DNA of 64,000 nucleotides. It comes from Kiritimatiellia bacterium. GTDB taxonomy: Bacteria > Verrucomicrobiota > Kiritimatiellia > RFP12 > UBA1067. Below the pieces are notes generated by a model, which did not search any database, was not told the DNA's origin, and worked only from the letters and a program-made list of their open reading frames with translations. Shown here piece by piece: positions 49,057 to 57,469 of the stretch (position 1 is its first letter; every line of letters begins with the position of its first letter). The stretch lies in contig JAZLMG010000057.1 in NCBI GenBank assembly GCA_045598585.1, positions 9,832 through 73,831 on the forward strand, written 5' to 3'. A program made the translations under genes and the position numbers.

Positions 49057-49087
49057 TTGCTCTCGTCAAGGGGAGAATTCAACTTTC

Positions 49088-49573
49088 TTACGCGCTCCTC
49101 ATCATCGCCTTTTCGGGGCAGGTGTAAGGATCCGTATGTTTCGTGCAGTTAATGCAGCCCGTATAGAGCTTGTGCATAATCTGAGTTTTCGGGATTTCCT
49201 TAAAGCCGAGTGCGGCGAAGAACTCCGGCGTAAAGGTCAAAACCACGATTTCCTTTGGATGAATAACCTTCACGCGCGAGGCAACGGCCTCGACCAAGAG
49301 TTTCCCGACTCCTCGACCTCTAAACGCGCTCTTCACCGCAAGCGACTGAAGCTCGACCGTAGCATTCTCCGGCGAGCCGATTTCAGGATGAACCTGATAT
49401 GTCGCAATACCGACCATTTCTCCTTCCATTTCGGCGATGAGGAAACGATCGATGTTCTCGACGATATTGCCCATCGAGCGCGGCACCAAGCGATCCTTAT
49501 TAAGATCGATTATCGCAAAGATCTTTTCAGCGTCTTTTAGCGCCGCAGCTCGAATGGTTGCAGTTTCGTTCAT
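49088..49573 (-). CDS. GNAT-family N-acetyltransferase
   Basis: 161 aa. Acetyl-CoA-binding RGRGVGKLL motif. C-terminal Cys cluster CINCTKHTDPYTCPE. Confidence 0.75.
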   Translation of the reverse strand: MNETATIRAAALKDAEKIFAIIDLNKDRLVPRSMGNIVENIDRFLIAEMEGEMVGIATYQVHPEIGSPENATVELQSLAVKSAFRGRGVGKLLVEAVASRVKVIHPKEIVVLTFTPEFFAALGFKEIPKTQIMHKLYTGCINCTKHTDPYTCPEKAMMRSA

Positions 49574-50764
49574 TTAGATAAGGTGTCCCATTTTCTCTTT
49601 CTTAGTCGAAAGATACTTGTGATCGTGGCTGTTCGCCGGAATTACGATCGGAACTCGCTCGGTGATTTCGATCCCGTAGCCATCGAGCCCCGCAATCTTG
49701 CAAGGATTATTCGTCATAAGGCGAACCTTGTTGATTCCGAGATCGACGAGCATCTGGGCGCCTTCACCATAGTCGCGAAGATCGGGCGCAAAGCCGAGAG
49801 CGACATTCGCTTCGACCGTGTCGAGGCCTTCTTCTTGCTTGCGATACGCATGAAGCTTATTGGCGAGACCGATGCCGCGACCTTCCTGACGCATATAGAG
49901 CACCGCACCGCGACCTTCCTTCTCGATCATCTCCATCGCCGTATGAAGCTGAGGACCGCAGTCACAACGCTCCGAGCCGAGAACATCGCCCGTAAAGCAT
50001 TCGGAGTGAACGCGCACGAGGACACTCTCGCCATCATCGACCTTACCTTTGATAAGCGCAAGATGTTCAAGTCCAGTTACGCGGCTACGATACATCTTAA
50101 GGCGGAAATGACCATGATCAGTCGGGAGATCGACTTCTTCGACAGCTTCGACAAGCTTATCGTTCTTGCGACGATACGCGATTAAGTCCGCGATTGACAT
50201 AAGCTTAAGGCCATGCTTCTTCTTGAACTCGACTACATCGTCAAGACGAGCCATATTGCCATCGTCTTTCATGATTTCGCAGCAAAGCCCGACTTCCTTA
50301 AGTCCCGCAAGACGGCAAAGGTCGACCGTCGCTTCGGTGTGACCAGCGCGCTTAAGGACGCCACCTTCGCGCGCCTCCAAGGGGAACATGTGCCCAGGGC
50401 GACGGAAGTCTTCGGGTTTAACGCTTTCTTCGACCGTCTTCAGCGCCGTCATCGAACGCTCTGCGGCAGAAATGCCGGTCGTCGTTTGAACGCCGTCAAT
50501 AGAAACCGTGAAAGCGGTCTGATGATTGTCGGTATTTTGGTGAACCATCTGCGGGAGATCGAGTTTACGGCAATACTCACGCGACATGGGCATACAGATA
50601 AGCCCCTTCGCATAAGTCGCCATAAAGTTCACATTCGCGGTAGTCGCGAATTCCGCCGCGCAGATGCAGTCGCCTTCGTTTTCGCGGTCTTCGTCATCGG
50701 TAACGAGAATCACCTCGCCCCTACGGAGCGCCGCCAAACAATCTTCTACAGAATCGAAAATCAT
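49574..50764 (-). CDS. ribBA: Bifunctional 3,4-dihydroxy-2-butanone-4-phosphate synthase / GTP cyclohydrolase II
   Basis: Start at MIFDSVEDCLAAL (M23 of the ORF). N-terminal DHBP synthase (DDEDRENEGD) and C-terminal GCH-II (CxCGxxxxC zinc motif). Confidence 0.9.
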   Translation of the reverse strand: MIFDSVEDCLAALRRGEVILVTDDEDRENEGDCICAAEFATTANVNFMATYAKGLICMPMSREYCRKLDLPQMVHQNTDNHQTAFTVSIDGVQTTTGISAAERSMTALKTVEESVKPEDFRRPGHMFPLEAREGGVLKRAGHTEATVDLCRLAGLKEVGLCCEIMKDDGNMARLDDVVEFKKKHGLKLMSIADLIAYRRKNDKLVEAVEEVDLPTDHGHFRLKMYRSRVTGLEHLALIKGKVDDGESVLVRVHSECFTGDVLGSERCDCGPQLHTAMEMIEKEGRGAVLYMRQEGRGIGLANKLHAYRKQEEGLDTVEANVALGFAPDLRDYGEGAQMLVDLGINKVRLMTNNPCKIAGLDGYGIEITERVPIVIPANSHDHKYLSTKKEKMGHLI

Positions 50765-50766
50765 GA

Positions 50767-51378
50767 TTACGAACCGGGATGGACAGGATGACCGCCCGCC
50801 TTGCACATCGGGCACTCTTCGGCGGTCCAAGTCTCGGGCGTCATCTGCATAAGCGAGAACATCGGAATATCACCGAACGTGACCTTGCCGGACGAACGAT
50901 CGACAAGAAGAACAACCGCCGCGACTTCGCAGCCCGCCGCCTTGACGAGGTCGATAGTTTCCTGTACGCGCCCTCCCTTCGTGACGACATCCTCAGCGAC
51001 GACATAACGTTCACCGGGATTAAGCTTGAAGCGGCGCATCGCTAGAATCGTGTTGGGCTTACCCGTAGCATCGACACCATCGCCCTGAACTTTCTCGGCG
51101 AAGACACACTTCGTATCGAACGCACGAGCGACTTCGTGACCGACGAGAATGCCGCCGACCGCAGGCGAGATAACGCCATCGATCTTGCCGATATCGCAGC
51201 CCGCTTTCATCTTCTCGACAACCGCGTCACAAAGCTTCGCGGCGATACGCGGATAACGAAGAACGTTCGCGCACTGGAAATAGCGGTTCGAGTGGAGCTT
51301 CGATCGGAGTTCGAAGTGGCCCTCCAAGAGCGCGTCCGTGGACTTAAAAGCCTCTAAAACTTCATCCTGAGTCATCAT
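50767..51378 (-). CDS. pyrE: Phosphoribosyltransferase, probable orotate phosphoribosyltransferase
   Basis: 203 aa type-I PRTase with PRPP-binding loop VVAEDVVTKGGRV. Assignment to OPRTase is by overall similarity. Confidence 0.65.
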   Translation of the reverse strand: MMTQDEVLEAFKSTDALLEGHFELRSKLHSNRYFQCANVLRYPRIAAKLCDAVVEKMKAGCDIGKIDGVISPAVGGILVGHEVARAFDTKCVFAEKVQGDGVDATGKPNTILAMRRFKLNPGERYVVAEDVVTKGGRVQETIDLVKAAGCEVAAVVLLVDRSSGKVTFGDIPMFSLMQMTPETWTAEECPMCKAGGHPVHPGS

Positions 51379-51390
51379 TGTTTTTATTCC

Positions 51391-51861
51391 TTATTTGAGT
51401 TTCAGTAAATCATTGTCCCCAAAGAACTTCTCGTTTTCAACGGGAGCCATCTTAACTTTCTTTGGCGTCTCGGCCGCAAGCGAAGGCAAAATAATCGGAA
51501 CATTGCTAAGCGTCGACGAAAAGGAGCGGGAGCTCACATGAACAATAGGATCTTCAATCGTAACGGAGGTATCAAGCTCCGGTAAATTCTCCAACGAGAG
51601 ATCGATTTCGACCCCTTTCTCGCTGAGATTCGAGGTCTGCCACGTACTACGCGCCCTACGAATAGCTTCGCGCTCTTCTTCTTCGCTTAAGAACACTAGC
51701 GAAGCAAACGACCGCGTTACTTCTTTTTTCGGAGAGAAGTTATAGCCAATGGCTTTATACGGGAAGACACTCATAATTCCAAACGGAACGAGCATCGCTG
51801 CCAAAAACGACAAGAATTCACTTCTAAGAGAGCGTTCAGGTTTTGTGAAAGCAGGACTCAT
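51391..51861 (-). CDS. Hypothetical membrane-anchored protein encoded immediately after exbD (possible TonB/TolA-position partner)
   Basis: 156 aa. One TM helix (FLSFLAAMLVPFGIMSVF), an acidic SEEEEREA segment and no Pro-rich or TonB_C motifs. Start overlaps the exbD stop. Confidence 0.45.
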   Translation of the reverse strand: MSPAFTKPERSLRSEFLSFLAAMLVPFGIMSVFPYKAIGYNFSPKKEVTRSFASLVFLSEEEEREAIRRARSTWQTSNLSEKGVEIDLSLENLPELDTSVTIEDPIVHVSSRSFSSTLSNVPIILPSLAAETPKKVKMAPVENEKFFGDNDLLKLK

Positions 51862-52271
51862 TCACCGGCCTTTTCTATTCTACGCTCTGCCAAAAGCAAC
51901 TTTTCAATCCCGCTCTTCTTGGCAATTGTCGTGATTTGCATGAGCTCACCGGCGGTAACTCGCTTATCCGATAGCAGCAAAAGCGAAGGATTTGTCGCCT
52001 TTTTCGCGACTTCTTCCAGGTGCGATTGAAATTTCTCCAGTGATTCTTCGTCCGATAGCGAATATCGCGAATCATCAAAGAATACGAGCGTGTCTCTCGC
52101 GGCAGGAAAGACAATAGCAACCAAATCCGTAACGGCGCCTTCATCATTACCAAAAGACGGTAAATCAAAAAGCTGTCCTTTGGCGATAGTGAACTTTCCA
52201 CCCACCAACCACATCATCCCGAAGAGGATGATTACGGAAAGCCAAGCGGAAATGATCGACAGAGTTTTCAC
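51858..52271 (-). CDS. exbD: ExbD/TolR-family biopolymer transport protein
   Basis: 137 aa. N-terminal TM helix and periplasmic ExbD fold. Confidence 0.75.
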   Translation of the reverse strand: MKTLSIISAWLSVIILFGMMWLVGGKFTIAKGQLFDLPSFGNDEGAVTDLVAIVFPAARDTLVFFDDSRYSLSDEESLEKFQSHLEEVAKKATNPSLLLLSDKRVTAGELMQITTIAKKSGIEKLLLAERRIEKAGE

Positions 52272-52873
52272 TTCTTCGCTCCGAAGTAATTGACAATCTG
52301 TATTGCCGCAGCATCAATACCGCCGACGATACGATTCATTCGATTGCGAAGCTGTGCGGACATAACCAAAACGGGAATCATCACGCCAAGTCCCAACGCC
52401 GTAGAAACAAGAGCGGATAGCGTCGCATTCATCAAATCCGCACGCGCCACGACCTCTTGCCCCTCAACGAGCATAATCGCCTTTATAAATCCAAGTATCG
52501 TCCCAAAAAGTCCGAGAATAGGTGCAATCTCTCCGATAGTGGACAAAACCGAAAGACGTCGAGCGAGACGGCTGGATTCCGCACGCTTCTGAGAGTCGAC
52601 AGCTTCTTTCAAACTGCGTTCGGACGCCTCGCGATTACGAATCGCCGTAGCGACGATATTCGCGACCGGAGCGGACGTATCTTCACATATCGATAACGCC
52701 TCTTCGACATTGCCCTGATCAAGAATATTAGTTGCCCCGTTAACGAAATCTTGCCAGTCAATCTGGCTACGACGCAGTTCCAACAAGCGCTCAAAGTAAA
52801 CCACAACTGCCGCGATTCCCAGCGCAATCAACAACCAAAAAACCGGTTCTTTGGCGATAAGTAACGGGATCAT
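52268..52873 (-). CDS. exbB: MotA/TolQ/ExbB proton-channel family protein
   Basis: 201 aa, 3 TM helices and the conserved C-terminal TM2/TM3 region (LSTIGEIAPILGLFGTILG). Confidence 0.8.
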   Translation of the reverse strand: MIPLLIAKEPVFWLLIALGIAAVVVYFERLLELRRSQIDWQDFVNGATNILDQGNVEEALSICEDTSAPVANIVATAIRNREASERSLKEAVDSQKRAESSRLARRLSVLSTIGEIAPILGLFGTILGFIKAIMLVEGQEVVARADLMNATLSALVSTALGLGVMIPVLVMSAQLRNRMNRIVGGIDAAAIQIVNYFGAKK

Positions 52874-54855
52874 AAAAACTTACCTTTCTTCTCTAATCGT
52901 TCGATCTGCTTTTCGGCCTCTTTAGCGGAGGGAATGTCGCTCGTTACGACAAGCGTCAACACCTTGATCGCTTGCCCATCACGACCTGACGCTTCCAATT
53001 CATCAGCCATATGAAACGCAGCCCGAGAAAAAGACGCACACGCCTCATCATCGAATTTGATACCTTTCTTGATACCATCGTGATAGGCCAACAAGACATT
53101 CGCGTAATAAAGTCCCATCGCTTCATCTTTCCGCTTCATTTTCTCAAGCGTACGCGCGATCTTGTATTCGATTACGATTTTCATCGAGGAAGATAACTCC
53201 GTACCGTTGCGAATTTCTCGATATGTACTCAGCGCCTCATCATAACGAAGACCGTTATCCGCCCCCAAGGCAAATAGCGCATCGGCGCGAAGCATTTTCG
53301 CATGCAGACGCAATTCCGGCGTAGAGCCTTCAATCAACGCTACTCGTTCCAAAACGAGAACCGCCTCATCAAAACGCGCCTCCTGAATCAAAGCATCGCC
53401 TTGAGTTTCTATAGCGATAGCCAACGCAGGCGAGTTCGGATATTTGGAAATAAGTTCACTCGCATCATTAATCGCCTTCTTGTACTCGGAAGCTTTGAAA
53501 GCCGCGCGAGATGCCCACGCCATCGCATACGGAGCTTCTTCCATATTCGGAGCTTCCGCAGCATATTTAAGAAAAAGAGATTCGGCTTCCTTCCAATTGC
53601 CACGATTATAAATGCTTTTTGCCAACCATAAAAGCGCATCCGTTCTCACTTTCTCGTCACGACTTTCTTCTGATATGCGTCTTGCCAACGCTTCAGCGTC
53701 AGAATCACGTCCTTGACCATACAAGCATAGCACGCGAAAATACCCCATCTTATCGGCAAGATCATAATCCAGCTTCGCGATTTCAATAAAGATATCTTCC
53801 GCTTCTTGAAAGCGATAAGAATGAAAAGCTTCTCGGCCGGAAGATTCAAGATCGCGAATCTTCACCAACGTATTAAGGCGCTTGGCCGCCTCAGTGGCTC
53901 CATAATTCTCGGAAATACTGCGATACTTCGCCATCGCATCGGTTCCTCGTCCGGAAGATGAGAGCGCATCACCCGCCTTTAATATGGCTATCGCTTTTAC
54001 TTCAGGATCATCCGAAAGCTCTTCCACGCGATTGAAGTCCTGCACGGCTTCATTATATTTGCCAAGCTTATAATAAGCCCAACCGCGACCTTCTATAAGT
54101 TCGGCATCACCGGCCAATTTAGGCCAAATTTCCTGAGCTTCGATGTAACGCTTTAGCGCGGCGCTCCACTCTCCACGATCAAGATGCGTCTTGGCAAGTT
54201 GCAAATACGCGCTATCCGCCCCTTCCACATCCGGAGAATCTTTGACGATTTCAAGGATTTTAGCCGAAGAGGGTTTAAACAATTTAGCGTCTTTGAGATC
54301 ATTCACCGCTAATCTGAGCGCCGCTACACGCTTAATCGCCGCGCTCGCCTCGCCGGAAACGGCCATTTCACGAAAAATCTCGAGTGCCGCATTTTCCTTG
54401 TCCAACTCTAAAAGGATATGTGCCTTGATCATCTTGGAAATCGGATCTTCGGCCTTTGACTCGATCAAGAGTTCCAACGCTTCTTCTTTATGACCGAGTT
54501 TTAGTTCGATTTCGCTCTTGATTCTCGCTACAGAGCGAATATTCTCCTCATCGAGGAATTTGACATTTTTCAGCAATTCTTCGGCTTGGGAATGTTCACC
54601 TAGCTTTAATAAAGCCGTAGCTTGATACAAACGGAAGTTTTCGCCTTCGGGATAGCCCCATTCGCTCAGCTTGCTAAGAACCTCTGCCCAATTGGTTTCT
54701 TTTGCATAGCTTTCCAATACGATAAGACGAGCTTCTTCACTATCATCTGCAAGAACATTGTTGCGCGCGATTTCCCAAAGTCCATCGCGAAGCGCCGTTT
54801 TGGCGACGTCGATGTCGGCAAATAGCAGAAAGCTCGAAAGGAGCGCGAAAATCAA
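52870..54855 (-). CDS. Large tetratricopeptide-repeat (TPR) protein with N-terminal signal-like segment
   Basis: Multiple TPR units throughout. Start placed at the TTG encoding (M)IFALLSSFLLFA, with GGGAGG 6 nt upstream, overlapping the era TGA (TTGA). The longer ORF would overlap era by 57 nt. Confidence 0.65.
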   Translation of the reverse strand: MIFALLSSFLLFADIDVAKTALRDGLWEIARNNVLADDSEEARLIVLESYAKETNWAEVLSKLSEWGYPEGENFRLYQATALLKLGEHSQAEELLKNVKFLDEENIRSVARIKSEIELKLGHKEEALELLIESKAEDPISKMIKAHILLELDKENAALEIFREMAVSGEASAAIKRVAALRLAVNDLKDAKLFKPSSAKILEIVKDSPDVEGADSAYLQLAKTHLDRGEWSAALKRYIEAQEIWPKLAGDAELIEGRGWAYYKLGKYNEAVQDFNRVEELSDDPEVKAIAILKAGDALSSSGRGTDAMAKYRSISENYGATEAAKRLNTLVKIRDLESSGREAFHSYRFQEAEDIFIEIAKLDYDLADKMGYFRVLCLYGQGRDSDAEALARRISEESRDEKVRTDALLWLAKSIYNRGNWKEAESLFLKYAAEAPNMEEAPYAMAWASRAAFKASEYKKAINDASELISKYPNSPALAIAIETQGDALIQEARFDEAVLVLERVALIEGSTPELRLHAKMLRADALFALGADNGLRYDEALSTYREIRNGTELSSSMKIVIEYKIARTLEKMKRKDEAMGLYYANVLLAYHDGIKKGIKFDDEACASFSRAAFHMADELEASGRDGQAIKVLTLVVTSDIPSAKEAEKQIERLEKKGKFL

Positions 54856-55793
54856 ATCTCGCCTCCCATATAGCCCATCTCGGTGAGGAGCTTTTTGTTC
54901 TTCATCCAATTAGGTTCGACCTGAACCCAAAGTTCAAGCGCAACCTTCACGCCGAAGATATCCTTAAGCTCGCGTTCGGCACACTTACGAACGTACTTGA
55001 TCGTTTCCGCGCCCTTGCCGATTACGATCGGCTTTTGGCTCGGACGATTGACGAGAATATCGACTTCGACATCCCAGCGCCCCGAATCTTCCTTGATGTT
55101 CTTGACCAAAATCCCCATCTCGTGCGGGACTTCCTGGTGCATCTTGGCGAGGTACTTTTCGCGAATCGAGTCGGCTATCGTCATCTTCCTCGGATAGTCG
55201 GTCACGATATCTTCGTCGAAAAGCATTTCGCCTTCTTCCGCCAAATCGAACAAGGTATCGAGGACTTGATTCGCGCCGCCCTCAGTCGTCGAAATCGCCT
55301 TTACCCAAATCGGTTCGACGATCTTCTTTTCTTCCCCTTCACCATGGTTCTTTACCTGCAAAGCTTCATGCTTTGCTTCTTCCCACGCGTCGTGAAACAT
55401 CGACTCGAAAAACTGCGCTTTGTCGGCCTTGTTGAGCACGAAGACGACCTTTTCGCTGCGCTCTTTGGCGACGCGCGCCATCCAGCCCGTATCTTCCATT
55501 TGCGGAGCTGAAGCCGCATCGAAAACGACGCAAAGAATATCGGTTCCCGCGGCAGAACGGCGCGCCATGCGATTCAGGATCTTGCCGAGTTCTCCGACCG
55601 CCTTATGAAGGCCGGGAGTATCGAGGAGGACGAGCTGACCGCGCGGGTCGGCGACAATGCCGCGGATCGTATTGCGCGTCGTTTGCTCGACGGGGGATAC
55701 GATCGAGACCTTTTCGCCGACTAAGCGATTCATCAAGGTCGACTTACCCGCGTTCGTGCGTCCGACAATACCTACAATCGCAACCTTCGCCAT
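54852..55793 (-). CDS. era: GTPase Era
   Basis: G1 GRTNAGKST, G3 DTPG, G4 NKAD and a C-terminal KH domain. Confidence 0.9.
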   Translation of the reverse strand: MAKVAIVGIVGRTNAGKSTLMNRLVGEKVSIVSPVEQTTRNTIRGIVADPRGQLVLLDTPGLHKAVGELGKILNRMARRSAAGTDILCVVFDAASAPQMEDTGWMARVAKERSEKVVFVLNKADKAQFFESMFHDAWEEAKHEALQVKNHGEGEEKKIVEPIWVKAISTTEGGANQVLDTLFDLAEEGEMLFDEDIVTDYPRKMTIADSIREKYLAKMHQEVPHEMGILVKNIKEDSGRWDVEVDILVNRPSQKPIVIGKGAETIKYVRKCAERELKDIFGVKVALELWVQVEPNWMKNKKLLTEMGYMGGEI

Positions 55794-56288
55794 TTATTTC
55801 GCTTCCTTTTTCGCTTTAACCTGAATCGCGAGCCCCTTCAAATCCTCAGGGCGCACAATAGTCACGCCGTTGGGATTCTCACATATAAGCTTGCCCGGTC
55901 CCTTAACAACTATTACAGCGTTTTTCCCTTCAACCGGACGAATCTTCTTAAGCGTAATGGTGTGGTTATCCGGAATAAGCGTAACTACACCATCAATCTC
56001 AACATACGCAAGGTGATAAGGATCTTCAACATACTGCGACCAATCCGCTGTTGCACCCAATGTAGTTCTTCCGGAGAATACAATCTTCGATTGCGCATAA
56101 CGAAGCTTAATGGCCTCTGATCCCGAAAGCTTCATGGAGACATTATAAAACATCCCCGTAGCCGTTCCGAAATTCGTAAGCTGAATCGCATCGTCATTAA
56201 GAACTCCGGTATACTCATGATAATGAGTAGAAGAATCTCCAGGCGTCGGATTGAGAGAAAGAGCCGCGGCTAGAAGTAAGGCGAACAT
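55794..56288 (-). CDS. Hypothetical secreted protein
   Basis: 164 aa with a signal-peptide-like N-terminus (MFALLLAAALSL). No family recognised. Start overlaps the dapA stop (TGATG). Confidence 0.5.
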   Translation of the reverse strand: MFALLLAAALSLNPTPGDSSTHYHEYTGVLNDDAIQLTNFGTATGMFYNVSMKLSGSEAIKLRYAQSKIVFSGRTTLGATADWSQYVEDPYHLAYVEIDGVVTLIPDNHTITLKKIRPVEGKNAVIVVKGPGKLICENPNGVTIVRPEDLKGLAIQVKAKKEAK

Positions 56289-57163
56289 CAGAGGAGTCCG
56301 AGGTCCTTAAGAGTTTTGCTCATAATCTCGAGATTCTTGTCCGTCGTCTCGCAGAGAGGAAGGCGGAAGACTCGCTCAATCTTACCCTGGAGGGCGAGTG
56401 CTTCCTTGACCATAACGGGGTTCGTATCGATGAAGAGATTATGGAACAAGGGATAGAGCTTCGCATGCGCTTTACCCGCGGCCTTGAAGTCGCCCGAAAG
56501 CGCCAAGCGAATCATATCGCTCATTTCCTTCGGGATGACGTTCGAAGCGACGGAAATGACGCCTTCCGCGCCGACCGAAATCATCGGAATCGCGAGAGAG
56601 TCGTCGCCCGAGAGGACCGTAAAGTCGGGGCACATGTTCTTGATCGCCGAGACGCGCTCGACCGAGCCCGCAGCTTCCTTGATCGCGATGACGTTTTCGT
56701 GCGCGGCAAGACGCTTCACGACATCGAGCGGAATTTCCTTCCCCGCGCGGCCGGGCACATTGTAAAGAACGACGGGTAGCCCCAAATCGGCAAGCGTCGC
56801 GAAGTGACGATAAAGTCCTTCGGCGTTCGGCTTGTTGTAGTAGGGCGTAACCTGCAAGCAAGCGTCCGAGCCGCCCATCGAAATCGCTGCCTTGGTGAGG
56901 TCGATAGCTTCCTGGGTCGAGTTGGCGCCCGTACCCGCGATGATTTTGACCTTGCCTTGAGCGAACTCGATCGTCTTTTCGATGACCTTGTGATGCTCAG
57001 CGTGATCGAGAGTCGGCGACTCGCCGGTCGTACCGACGGAACAAATACCTTCAACTCCGCCCGCGACCTGTTCTTCGACGAGCGCTTTGAGTTTACCGTA
57101 ATCGACACTCCCGTCCTTCGCGAACGGAGTGACTAAAGCTGTAATCGTGCCATTAAGTTTCAT
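56288..57163 (-). CDS. dapA: 4-hydroxy-tetrahydrodipicolinate synthase
   Basis: TALVTPF N-terminus, a GSVDY-type motif and the catalytic Lys region of DapA. Confidence 0.9.
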   Translation of the reverse strand: MKLNGTITALVTPFAKDGSVDYGKLKALVEEQVAGGVEGICSVGTTGESPTLDHAEHHKVIEKTIEFAQGKVKIIAGTGANSTQEAIDLTKAAISMGGSDACLQVTPYYNKPNAEGLYRHFATLADLGLPVVLYNVPGRAGKEIPLDVVKRLAAHENVIAIKEAAGSVERVSAIKNMCPDFTVLSGDDSLAIPMISVGAEGVISVASNVIPKEMSDMIRLALSGDFKAAGKAHAKLYPLFHNLFIDTNPVMVKEALALQGKIERVFRLPLCETTDKNLEIMSKTLKDLGLL

Positions 57164-57169
57164 AACATT

Positions 57170-57188
57170 GATATTATATCATATTTCC
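57170..57188 (-). promoter_or_regulatory. Conserved extended -10 promoter element, copy 5, upstream of dapA
   Basis: Minus-strand GGAAATATGATATAATATC. The TATAAT ends about 9 nt before the dapA ATG, which would give a near-leaderless transcript. Confidence 0.5.
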
Positions 57189-57211
57189 TAGTCTCGCGGC
57201 AATATCTCGCG

Positions 57212-57469
57212 TTAATACATCTTTTCAAAGGTGCCGCTATCGACTTTCTTCAGCGTATGAAAACCGGCTCTTTTGGCGCGATAATGCAAATCGGTTTTAG
57301 AATGAGTTAAACCCGGCGCCTGAATAACTCGATATATCGGCGCACCGCATTCAGGACAAGTTGTAAGTTTATCCTCGCTTAAGCGTTGGGTGATCTCAAA
57401 CCCATCGCGGCACTTCCTACAGGAAACGTTCTTTTCCTTTGCCTCATAGACATATAGCGGCATCTTCAA
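57212..57469 (-). CDS. FmdB-family zinc-ribbon protein
   Basis: 85 aa. YEAKEKNVSCRKC...CPECG, with two CxxC pairs. Confidence 0.7.
   Translation of the reverse strand: MKMPLYVYEAKEKNVSCRKCRDGFEITQRLSEDKLTTCPECGAPIYRVIQAPGLTHSKTDLHYRAKRAGFHTLKKVDSGTFEKMY

Noticed and set aside
52870-54909. TPR gene starting at the first TTG (MDEEQK...), 57 nt inside era.
   Set aside because: An internal TTG with a GGGAGG Shine-Dalgarno gives a signal-peptide-like N-terminus and a 4-nt TTGA overlap with the era stop, which is more plausible. Similar trimming was applied to alr, tyrA, aroC, ilvD, plsY, ribBA, the FHA gene and the aminopeptidase.
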